Source of the DNA: Spongospora subterranea f. sp. subterranea
Lineage: Eukaryota
Length of the DNA stretch: 64,000 nt
Reading direction: 5' to 3'
NCBI GenBank assembly: GCA_049724395.1
Contig: JAUGWO010000023.1
Span: forward strand, 124,001-188,000
Of the stretch, positions 49,999 through 61,522 are shown piece after piece. Numbering within the stretch: the stretch's first letter is position 1; each line of letters opens with the position of its first letter. A program made the translations under genes and the position numbers. The notes beneath the pieces were generated by a model. The model saw nothing but the letters and a program-made list of their open reading frames with translations, did no database searches and had not been told where the DNA came from.

Positions 49999-50072
49999 GC
50001 CCGTGTAGCTCAATTGGTTAGAGCGTGGGACTTTTAATCTCAAGGCTGCGAGTTCGAGTCTCGCCACGGGCT
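49999..50072 (+). tRNA. trnK-UUU: tRNA-Lys(UUU)
   Basis: Identical to the 46019-46092 copy; followed by T-rich terminator ttgttttt. Confidence 0.93.
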
Positions 50073-50848
50073 TTGTTTTTGTTGCTATTTGTTTAACGAC
50101 TTTCGAAACAATTTCTTGCCGAGCCATTTATATGAGCAATCACGTGTATCATTTTTTTATACAAGTGGTCAACAGAACAATTTAGGTACGCAAAACAATG
50201 ATACAATCAGAAACAGTTTACTGAAAACTTTTGTATGTAAGGGACGGGGGCTGAGGCTACGGTGGCGAAGGGATGAAGACTGAGGAAAATTACGAGAAAA
50301 CGAACGATGCGTTTGATATGATTAGTATTTCGATCCGAGCCTAACAGACCGAGGGCAGGGGCTCGTTGTGCTCATGTCGAATCTGACTCGTCTTTTGGTG
50401 GGGTCCTTCGGTTGGGGTCCTGACTTGTACCTTAGTCTAGAAAGTTCGAAACCCAGCCCAACAAGTTTTTTCACGCGAAATGGGCAAACAATCAGAAGAG
50501 CCCGATTGACGTTTGGACCCATCAAAAATTAATTCTTCTGGATAAAATAGTTTTCTCTAACGCCGAAATTATACAAATTCTTTTTTAATACAGGCCATTT
50601 TATGATGGACAGTAAGTTGAGATAACCAAGGCCGTGAATTGAAGAGGCGCAATAGGCAGTGATAAGAACTTCCAACACGATGCCGGGGTGGTGACGGGGA
50701 CGTCGGGTCGGTTGTTCCCATCTGTACACTTGTGACGTGCCGGCGGAATACATGCAGTCATGCACTCAGTACTGTACCAGATAGGCGTCACTCACTAGCG
50801 GTACCTTTTGTTACTAATCTCCGCATCCAATCCCAAATTCCCGTTTCA

Positions 50849-51239
50849 ATGGTAGGTCCCAGATCTGTGTGAAAGTCCACTTATACCTGTCGCTAATCCT
50901 GCATCAGTCGGATTTTGAGGCTGCTGCTGCCAAAGCCAAGACCTTCTCCAATTTGTCTAATGACCAGGTTTGGCTCCTCGTCGTACGTCCATTCCCAAAT
51001 GACCGTTTTTATAGCTGCTAGACCTTTATAAGCACTATAAACAAGCTACTCTTGGAGATTGCAATACGTCGCGCCCCGGAATGTTTGATTTGACCGGGAA
51101 GGCAAAATGGGGTACAACTGTCGTCGTTCCGGCAATTCATGCGTATTGACCGATTTTAGACGCATGGAACTCGTTGCAAGGCATGTCCAAGGAAGACGCC
51201 TCAAAAAAATATGTAGAAATTGTTTCCTCCCTGTCCTAA
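50849..51239 (+). CDS. ACBP: Acyl-CoA-binding protein (4 exons; absent from the ORF track)
   Basis: Spliced translation [79 protein letters not shown], with canonical GT-AG introns. Confidence 0.93.
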
Positions 51240-51275
51240 TGTATTATAAACTGCACCACTTGGCTTTTTGTTTGG

Positions 51276-53413
51276 TCATATGGGCTCTTTGTAACCTTGG
51301 TCTAATCCGAGCCGTTTGAGTCCCCAAATAGCTGCAACGCTAAATGGATACAATGATGCAACCAATGCAGCTTGCCACATTCGCACTGTCCTCTGTCGAC
51401 CTTGGAACCCGACACACATGGTAACGACGATGATTACAAACACTTCAGCGGTGAATTTCCATTGCAGACCGCGCAAAGCAACTAGTCCTAGAAATATTGA
51501 CAAACCAAACGTGTTGTTCATATTTGCCGCTCCGTACAACGAACCGAACATTAGGGAAACTCCTTTAGAATTTCGCTTGGCTGCGAATTGCAATGCGGAA
51601 ATGATCTCGCTTGCGTTGCTGGCCAACGGCGTGACAATAAAGCTGACGTAAAACGGGCTGATCCCTAGATTGGTTGCAAACACATTAATGGTCGTAACCA
51701 TCGGGAAGGAAAACACTGCGACAAGAACGGTCGCCAACAGCAGCGTCCGAAATGCCTGTAATAATCTAAGGGCAGGAAGTTCTTGAAGTCGGACCTTATT
51801 TACCTTTCGTCGGATTTCCGAACTGCTTAATGCAGAAAACTCTAACTCTGCTTCGTCACAGTCATCGTCCCATTCGTCTTCAACCTCAGGGACATCTAGC
51901 AGAACGGCATGCATGTTTAGAGAGTCGTCTGCGAAAGCCGCGATTGCCGGTCCCGCTTGAGTATTGCTTCGGTGATGGGCTCGTTTGCTTGGAGGAGTGA
52001 TTAAACAGGAGAAGAACTTTTCGAATTCCAAGAAACTGATGCGACCGTCTTTGGCTGGAGAAATCGTGAGAGTCGCGCTTTATTCTAGAATGCTTGCTTA
52101 CCCCCTTCACCGTTATCGTCCCCAAGATCCATTTCCTTCAAAATGGTGGTAACCTGTAAACATGGCCTCGTAAATGAAATATTTTTGCATCCGAATGTAC
52201 CCATACCTCCTGTTCGTCTGCTTTGAGGCCCAGCGATTGTAAACATTTGGTTAATTCAAAACGGTCAATAAAGTCATCTCCGTCTAAATCAAAATTCTTG
52301 AAGATAATCTTCATACTTTTTCCAGGAGGAAACTGTGATCACCGTACTTAGTTTATGAGCAGATTTGACCAATAGGAATACTTGTTTAGAAAGAGTTTTC
52401 TCCCATCTCTGGCGTTGCGAAGACATTTGAAACTGTTTGACAACTTCGTTTCCCTCAGTACTCTTCAGCTGAACTGCACTGGTGACGCGTTCAACTTGAT
52501 TGACCAGGCTTTCGCATTCCCAGCACCGACCTATAAGTTATGAACGATGCTGCCGCTCCAACAAACCCGATCATGGCGTAGATGCGTTCCTCAGCGCTCG
52601 CTTGAGCATCTTGCCTGAAATATAATGCCTAATCAAACACCAATAAGACATCGGAGAGAAAGCAGAACATCAAGTCGACCAACAGGAATCTGAATTATCA
52701 GATACAGAAGGACGGTAGCCATCATAGTGTTGGATAAAAACGGAATTTCTGGGAATGCAGTCACTCCGGTCGACATCCAGGTAAATTTGGTGTACAAGGG
52801 CCGCACAACGCCATCGACAATTTTACTCGCAGCTTGTCCTGATGCATCGATATCTCGGCGGCCCAGGAAAACGCCAATTGCCCAAGGTCTACAGGTGAAA
52901 GCTCAAGAGCAGAACGTAAACCCAACTGATAACATCTTCTACATAGTTATCAGCATTATGGTTGAGCCAGCTAAGGTTCCCACCCCAACCGCCACCTGCT
53001 TTTGAATTACTTTGACGGATCCTTGACCAAGTCCCGATATAAGGATAATCATGCCATCAGGTATCGCTCCTGATCAGTCAATGAGACATGAACATATATA
53101 TGTGTTTCTACCAGAAATCCCACCTAAAATTGGGATGACGAATCCACCAACCATGCCTGTTCAAGAGAACACATCCATCAATCAATCTAGCAATAAAGAT
53201 TGCCCATTTATACCTGGTCCATATAAAGAAAGCAGCAAAGAGCTTCCTTTCGATAAGGTACATGACGCAGAGTACAGAATATAAGCTGTTAATGAATTAT
53301 CAACTATTTGTTGTGCGCCAAGTAATGCCGCATTCACCATAAAAGAAAATCAGCATGCTCAATGGAACAAGATCCAGTTGCTCCAGCACATCCTCAGGAG
53401 GGAAGATTTGCAT
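51276..53413 (-). CDS. NCL: Na+/Ca2+ exchanger-like protein with EF-hands (NCL/EFCAX family)
   Basis: 'VGGFVIPILG...PDG', 'VGVGTLAGSTIMLIT', EF-hand 'FKNFDLDGDDFIDRFEL', and C-terminal 'YVSFIVTPLASNASE...SLYGAANMNNT...LQWKFTAEV'. Confidence 0.88.
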
Positions 53414-53698
53414 ATTTTGTCAGTGAGTTTCAGGTATGTGCGGTAGGTAGGAAGGTGCACGAATGCGACGATTCAAATATTTCCTGTAGATCGCTACTAC
53501 AGTACACGTACTGGATCGTGATGGACATGCAGGACAGGACATCCCGTCACAGACCACCATTTACAGGGTGTCATGATCCGCCAACAGGCAGATATACGAC
53601 GTGGTTACTCTCATGCGATTCTATTTATCATATTAATTCATTTTTGGCTGGACATAGACTAGTTTATGGTGTATTAAGGAAGGAGCGGTACTGCAATA

Positions 53699-56600
53699 TT
53701 ATCTACCTCCGCTCGACTCTCCCAGATCCGATAGCTGTGATGGTTTCGTCCATGTTGTTCTATAAGAACACCAAATAAGCACCAAACAATGATTTTCTGA
53801 CCTATCATTACCTGCCAGATACCGTATCATGAAAGTATTCATCTCCCTATGCAGTTATTCGATCAGTTTCTAGTCGCGATAATATCGAACAATGCAAACC
53901 TGTTCTGTTAAATATCGGGTCCATAAGTTTTCCTCTTCTTGAGGGTGCGTCTCTATTTGCACTTGATTTTGTGGAAGCCTTTTAGTAACTGGTGGATGCT
54001 CTTCGAAGAATATAGAATATCTTGATAATTTATCATCAGGTTCATCATTAACACTTTCAGCCCAAGTCCCAGTTTCAGCCCAAGAATCTGAAATCTGCGG
54101 GTTCGTCGAGAAAGTATTAGCATCTAAACTTTGGTCTTGTTGGGCATCCATTAAGTTGTCGCCCTCCGCCTCAACCAGAATTTCCCGCGAATTCTTGTTC
54201 GCAACGGTGTTGGCAATGCAGAGATTTATAGCTTCTATCCAGTCCTTCTTTTCTTTTTCAGAAGACGCTCCGATTAGTAAAGCTTTCGCGCTTTCCATGA
54301 TCCGAACTTGAAACGAATTCGGATATTTCTCTCGGGTGTTGCGGATCAATTCACACTTTTGAAGAGAGAGTTGTCGGCGTAACTTGAACCCATTTGTTAC
54401 CTTCTCAGAATATATAAGGGCGTCCGAAAACAGATGAAACGCAAGATGCTCCATCTTGCCACGTCGGTCGAATTTATTCAGCATCCCCCATCTGATAAAG
54501 ACGCGATTAGGAACAGCTAGGAGCACGCCGCTGCTGCCACCCGCGTCGAACATAGCCTCTATGCTTTTGAGAGTTTCGTAGCTGGCCTGAAGAATCTCGA
54601 ATTAGGGTCCTACAAAGCTACATGAACGATCTAACCCTCATTTCAATAATATCGCTCATTCGTTTCCACGTATCGCAGAAGTTGTCATGAGCTTTACACA
54701 AGGTGTCCCATGCTTCGGTATTTTCCGAAACGTCATCGTGCTGGGTGAGGTCTTTGAGCCGTTGTGTCTGCGAAATATACACAGGAATCCTTTGCACCGG
54801 TTTAAGAAGGAGTTTGACGAGGACAGTGACAGCTCCTGACGTGATCCCCGCCAACTTAGCGCATTCAGAGATGCGAGCGTTCAGTTGTTGGTCATCAAAG
54901 GCAGTAACCGCTTCCTATGCAAGACATAAAACATTAGACATTGTTTACAAGAGTTGTCATACTCACGCCATAATGCTTGACATAAACATTGTATGGTCGC
55001 CTTGACAGTTCCGAAAACATCAGTAATGTGCGATATACTGAAACGTCTTCTTTTAGCTGTGACTCTAGCTTCATATGAATCGTTTTCAAGTTCTCTATCG
55101 TATCGAATACAATGGCTACACTTGAAGGTAGAGCTGAGCAAGCCATCTGATCACTTATCGTTTCAGTACGAAATAGTTATATACACACGACAATAGTACG
55201 TACATCTTCAAGAAGTGGTCTCGCAAATATTTTATCCACCTCAACCAAATGCGTTATGTAAGCCGTTTCCAAACTCTCCAGATGCGATTTCACTTCCTCT
55301 ACTGACTTTGGGGGGCCTTGGGCAGGTATAACAACAAGAGGTGAAACAACGGCCGAATTTGTTCCTGCATTTGATAGACTATCCGACGGAACGCGGCCGT
55401 GTTGCTGCATCCATCCTCGAACGTCTTGAAGCAATCCTGCTTTAATTGTATCGGACTCGACATCAAGGTCTGCGGAATTTGATCGGGAACTCGCTCTAGC
55501 TGCCGACATTGCTGCAATCTTGGAAGTAATATGACTGTACACTTTTCTCGATGGGCTTGCTAGACGAAGAAGACGAGATACTTTAGATGATTCCGATGCA
55601 TTTTGGGGCTCAACATGAAGCGGAATTCCGTGGTTATTATCTTCATTCTCGGTTGCACCGGAATATTCCGCGTTGGGCGATACGATAGCAACTTTAACTT
55701 TGAGTTCTTCCAAAGCTAGTGCTAAATGGTTTCGCAATTCTTTTTGAGGACTGCTCAATTGATCTGCGTTGAGGGATTGTTCATCGTTGACGTCCATGCT
55801 TTCTGTGTCAAACATAGTGGTCGATTTGGACCTGTCGTGTTGCACTCCGGTGCTATCAGGTTGACAACAGAAGTGACAAGTACGAACTGACTTCGATCCT
55901 GACTTGCTGGATTTTGTAGAGCAATGCTGACATACCTAAATGCATCGATAAGCGTAAAGGATATGCTCTCTTAAGTTGATGATTACAGAGTGACCGCAAC
56001 TATTACAGTTTCGTGCTCGTAGCAGCATGGTGAACCGTGTTCCGCAAACTGAACAGAAATCGCTGCTTGTCATTACTGGAGCTGCTGTCGACGGCATCGA
56101 CATATCCGTTTTTGTCAAACGATACTTTTGACAGGCCTCACTCATAGCGAGAAACCAATCATCTGCTTCGGTTTTATCATCAGCGCACACCAAAAAAGAT
56201 TTTTCCTGTTTGGTAAAAGCAATGAGAAACACCAATAGGTATCGATAAAGCATTCTTTCACAATACAGGTGTTTGGATAACCCAGCCATTTAGACCCTTT
56301 TTTGTAAGTTGAAAATGTTCTCTTGAGAGGGTGCATACATCGAGGCTGATCGATCTGTCTCCGTATCGAAGCTGATCCGCAAATAACATGAAAGTATGTT
56401 TTCTACAATTCCCGTTCCGATCTATCTTTGACAACGTCGCTGTCTTCAAGAGATGGTGCCCGGTCTTGAGAAGCTCTGCTCCCCCTCTATGAGTTGCAGC
56501 TGATTTGAGCATATCATCCCGTATCTCCCTCTCACGTATAGCCTCATTGATTGCTGTCGCAGCCTCCTATATCAACGAACCTCAGCATAAAGGATGTGAA

Positions 56601-59083
56601 TTCGATAAGTACTAGCAAACCTCAACTTTGATAAGTGCCTCATCAAGCTCCGCATTTCGTTCGGTGGTTTTCCGTTGGAGTTCGCGCAAAAGAAGACAAT
56701 ATCTCGGTATCCTTTGTATGGGCATAATCCCTAGAGAAAACATATTCTGATTTTGGGAACGTGGATCAGCTTGTAGATCGCGCAGCACTTGCTCAAGCAA
56801 CTCGTTTTTTACACTGAGTGCTTTACAGGCGTGCCCGTAATGTTTCGCGTATTGAATATATACCGGGAAAAGCTTAACGTAGTGCACGAATAGTGAAGCA
56901 ATTGCAGTTATATCTGCACGGCCGTCTCCATTACTGATCAATTGTTCTAGGTCAGAAAGCAGCGTCGTATTTAGCGATAATACTTGTTCGACGTTGCTGA
57001 AAAACATTGCAACACGGGCGTCATTCATGATGGTGGCTAACCCAGACTCGGCCGATATTGTTTCGATATATACGTTCAGAAGTATTTGAAGACTAGAAAT
57101 GTACGAACGCTCGGATGACAGTATTTCCAATGCGATCTGCGCGGTGATGTTCCCTGGCGAAACTTCAGGGTTCGAAACTGTCGCTCCTGATCCCGGTCCG
57201 GCATCGTGTTGCTCTGACGGTTGCGCCAAAATTGATTCGATGTCGCTTTTGGATTTTAGCGCTGCCACTGAACCTGCAATAACTCGAGGAGGAGCAGTTT
57301 TTCGTTTGACAACGGGGGAAACAGAAGCTTCAGGTTTCACTGGCGGAGGTTCTGGAATTGCCGCCGAACTTGTTTTACGCACTAGGAAGCGCTGAGAGTT
57401 GCCTCGACATGGAACAATACAACTTTCAGGAGTATGGTGGATATGATCAGATGGCGATGCATCAATACTGGGCTCGGTTCTAATGCTATCTTCAGCGTGC
57501 CCATTCACATGTTCATCAGCTCGAACATCGCCCATCAACAACAGCTTGTTTTTTGGGTCGCCTGTATCAACACTTTCGTCGTCAGTATTTCGCTGACAAG
57601 TCTCTCCGTTATCCTGATTCAGGTCTGCGTCAACAGCTGTAGGAGGAATGTCGCTTTTTACCATTGGGGACCCACTATCATTCACGTCTAGCTTCTTTGA
57701 AACTCTAGGGTTCAAAATAACTGGTTGTGGATTGATCGCCGAATGGGCATGTAAAAAATTATCGTGTCTCAATGCATTCACCGGAACTGAGCCTTTAGTT
57801 TTGCGCTTGAGCTGCTGCTGAAGAAAGACTTGCGCCGACGGTGTCGCTTGTGAATTTGAACGTGAACGTTCCTCAGCAACCAAATACCCATGCTCGGATG
57901 CATTCCGTTTGTCGTTGGAGCTAGTCACAATGGGCTTCGACAGCAATGACGGATCTTCCTTTGCTGACGATCGATATGATGAAGGATCGACCCGAATGCG
58001 AGCAGTCACCACTGGGGTAACGTCAACCGCGCCACTAACGACGATGGTATCGTGTTTGGACCCAGTGACGTCATGAACCATAACGTTATCGGTGCCAGTT
58101 TGAGCATGACTGTTAACGGGTAGATCGGCACACACAACAGTGGTCACTGCATTCTTATGTGGTTCTAAGATCGGCTGATCTAAAGCAGTCTCCTTGTCAT
58201 TTGAAACGACAGCGGGTGATGGAGTTTCTGGCCCATTCCGCTTCGGAATCGGGGTTGTTGAAGCTCGCTTTCCGAAATCCCGATGTTTGATCAGCGTTGC
58301 CCTTGAACTTCCTGTCCCGCTGACGGCTGCAGTTCCATCAGGCCCCTCCTGCAATGACGGGGAAACTGTCTGAGCACTTTGTACAGATGTAAATTGAGAG
58401 TGTCCAACGTGCGACTTTGGACTTCCTTTGTAGGTTAAATTAACAGAAATCAATCTAGAATTATGAAAGGTTTACTTCTAAAGTTACCACATTTTATAAA
58501 CCTGCCAAAAAATGCCAATGCGACAGAAGAACCGCTAACTGACCTGAAGTTTTGAATGTTGATCATTTCCTGATCGTACATTCGGATTTAACGCTGCATA
58601 TGAGAAACCTTTAGGCTTTTTCGGGGATGTCGAAGGTGAGATCGATTCTTTCGCAGAGCAAACCACTGTCTCGGTATTGCTGTGATTTTCAAGAACGTGC
58701 TTTGTTTGGTCCACAACCGGGTGTTTTGAACTGTTCAATTTCTTGGCTAATTCAATCTGGACCTCCGAATTTTTTTCATATTTGTCGCCATTGCTTCGAT
58801 TTGTTTCAGTTGATATGGCTTGTGCATATGTTTTTCGAGCTAGTGACTCTTTAGAAAGTATCTCAGCGGGATCTTCCCAGCTGGATATCCCGGTAGTTTC
58901 ATTATACCAATACGAGGAGTTGCTTCCTTGATCGTACCGACGTGTCCATCCGGTGGACTGCTCTTGATCTGTTAGCTCTGGCGGTTTGTCCCATGTAGTT
59001 TCGTTGGTTTCGTCGTTGAAATAATAGGTCTGCTGGGATTGCGCATCAACACATGCGCTCCATCTCCTCGCAGCAGTGGTCAT
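53699..59083 (-). CDS. Rho GEF with WW-WW...DH-PH-FYVE...DH-PH-WW architecture (multi-exon)
   Basis: WW 'YYFNDETNETTWDKP' and 'YWYNETTGISSWEDP'; DH 'EILSSERSYISSL...MPIQRIPRYCLLLREL'; PH; FYVE-like 'CSVCGTRFTMLLRARNCNSCG'; second DH 'LLKPVQRIPVY'; PH; spliced terminal WW 'WTRYLTEQ/GDEYFHDTVSG/RTTWTKP'. Confidence 0.82.
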
Positions 59084-59563
59084 TGACAATTCTGCTCGTT
59101 AATCTAAGGTTCTTCTGGGCCAATAGTTCTACAGAATCATGTAACTTTAGAGCTAGACAAAGAGTTTTCAGACACGCGAACGGCTGGGGCTTGATATAGG
59201 AGATATTTATCGAAACTTGAGGAAGAGGGATGTTTGCTTAGCCGTACTACAAACGGCCCCAACAAGCGTCTTGCTCGCAAACAAAAAATACTACCGGTTA
59301 ATCGGAAAGGGTGGCGTATGGAGCAGTTCAACAAACGAGTACTGAGGACGCACAATGACACCAGAATATTGGAATTATCGACAGGAAACACTGGATAGAT
59401 CTCCAGATGGTTAAACACGGGGAGGCACTTGCCCATGAAATAAATCCCGTCGGATTCTATCATTGTTGTGAAAGGCTCTTCGGACGAGACCACCTTCAAA
59501 AACGTGATCAAAGTTGGGTTCTTGTTAAGTGACAGTTGGTCCTGGCCATCGCGATTTTGGCTG

Positions 59564-59588
59564 CTCTCTCTCTCTCTCTCTCTCTCTC
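59564..59588. repeat. (CT)n microsatellite
   Basis: About 12 consecutive CT units. Confidence 0.9.
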
Positions 59589-59849
59589 CAGATCTGATTG
59601 AGTTTTGGGCGACCTTAGCGATGTCATCCAGCGTTGCTATGCGAACCAGCAGTTTATTTCGGTGAAGGAAACTTGAAGGTACTGGAACTCTTCTCCGACT
59701 TGCTGGCTTCCTCGTGGCAAATAATCATATTCCTTTGCCAGCAATACCCAGAACTACAGCGGATCAGTTATCATTCTTGCACACGTCGATTGCAGCGGCT
59801 AAGCGAAACGGAACGGAAAGGGGAAATACCTGTCACATCTTTGTCGATG

Positions 59850-60500
59850 GGCAAAAATTGTCATTAACGGACAGCGGAGCAACGGCGTATACATTATTCG
59901 AAACACTTCAATTGGAGAAAGTGTATCAGGCGAAAGCAGACGTACAGGATGACGCGGTCACGTCAATATGGAAACTCTTCGGAAGATGAGCGTTGTCCGA
60001 GAAATCTGAACAGCTAAAAGAGCTTCAAGCGTTCCGTGCGATCATGAGGAGGCGGTGGGAAACGAATAGCGGCGATAGAGATGGTGAGAGTCGAAATTTT
60101 CTGAAGATGAGGGGATCTTGTGGCAACGGATCGCACAGAGGAATCCTGAACAAAATAGACGTATGAATCGGGCGATCGTAGAAATGGCGCGATGTCTGTT
60201 GCTTGACGCCGGATTAACGACCTCTTATCGGTAATACGCGGGCCGGTTGGTGCCTACATCAGGAACAGAACAGCAACAAAGGTCAATGTAAACGAGAAGT
60301 CGCCCCTATGAACTTATTCACAAAGCAACCACGTTTAGCAGGTGTGCCATTTCGATCACTTTGGCAGGTTCACGTTCCAGACTCACATCGACGCATGTTC
60401 GATGGATTTGCGGATGGAGCTACGACGTATGTGTTTGGAGACTTGAAGACGTCAATAAGGTTTATATCAATAGACGTGAAATTGAAGGAGGCTCACACAA
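59850..60500 (+). mobile_element. Degenerate Ty1/copia retrotransposon remnant (protease and integrase fragments)
   Basis: 'LTDSGATAY' (protease) and 'PEQNRRMNRAIVEMARCLLLDAGL', 'AYIRNRTATK...KSPYEL' (copia integrase), with stops and frameshifts. No LTR seen. Confidence 0.75.
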
Positions 60501-61522
60501 CTTTAGTTGAGATGCCATCGGATGACTACGAGGATAAAAATTCCTGCTGGCAAGTGCTGTCAAAGGTCACTTTTCTCAAGGCCACCAACTCGAGTGTGAA
60601 GATGCAAGGCAACGACGAGATTGCACCCACCGAGAAAAGAAGCCGGCAGGAAGCACGAGCAATCGAGATACGTAATTTCGTATGTCAGAAGCCCTATTCA
60701 CCACGACCTAACGCAATCTGAAACTGCAACCTACTCAGACCTAGCGGACTGAACATATTCGATCGTGTCCTAATCTAACCAAGGAAACGGAGCGCTGAAT
60801 CGTTGAAGCTACAGCTTCCGATGATGGCTCACTCGAAAAATGAATAATTTGTTTTTAACTTTTGACAATTTAAATTCGGTGATGCTAAAAAAGTCATTTT
60901 GACTCCAATTACGGTAAGAGTCATTTCATTTTTTCAAAGGTGGATTTTTAGCATTCCCAACCAATAAAATGCCAAAAGTTAAATAAGGACCAATGATCCA
61001 GATGTTGAGTGTATGCTTAATTGTTGGGGCCAAAAACTGGATAGGTTAATCAAACGGGTGTGTCAAGTCAATTCACCATTGGCTTATGGTTGCAAAAGGA
61101 CGTTGATTACAGCAATAAAATTTGAAGAACCTGTTCAATTGCCAGGCGGGCCATGAATGATGGATAAGAAACCCAATCATCGGTTGCATTTCAGCAGTTT
61201 CACCCACTCGTTCAATTTTCTATAATCCTAACATTCAATTTACTCATTAACAAGTAGCAGCATATGGGCTATGGCAATTTACAAGTCTTGTGAGGTTTGA
61301 TGCTGAATTATTTATTATTATTATCAAATTCCGATCATGATTGATGGGGTATGGTGCCTTGATTGTTTCCTTGACGAACTATCAAGCAAAATTATGGCAA
61401 CAAGATCGGCCGTACAGGTGATATCATTTCACTGAATCCTCAAAGTAATATCTCGGCTGTTTATTGCCCCCAGCATATTATAGTTCTCTGTCTGGGGAAT
61501 ACACCGCCCGTGCAAGTTATGT

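Noticed and set aside
60720..61500. AT-rich stretch after the copia remnant as a possible LTR
   Set aside because: No second copy, TG...CA ends, PBS or PPT found in the window.
61499..61511. acaccgcccgt resembling the SSU rRNA 3' conserved motif
   Set aside because: Only 11 bp with no flanking similarity; expected by chance.
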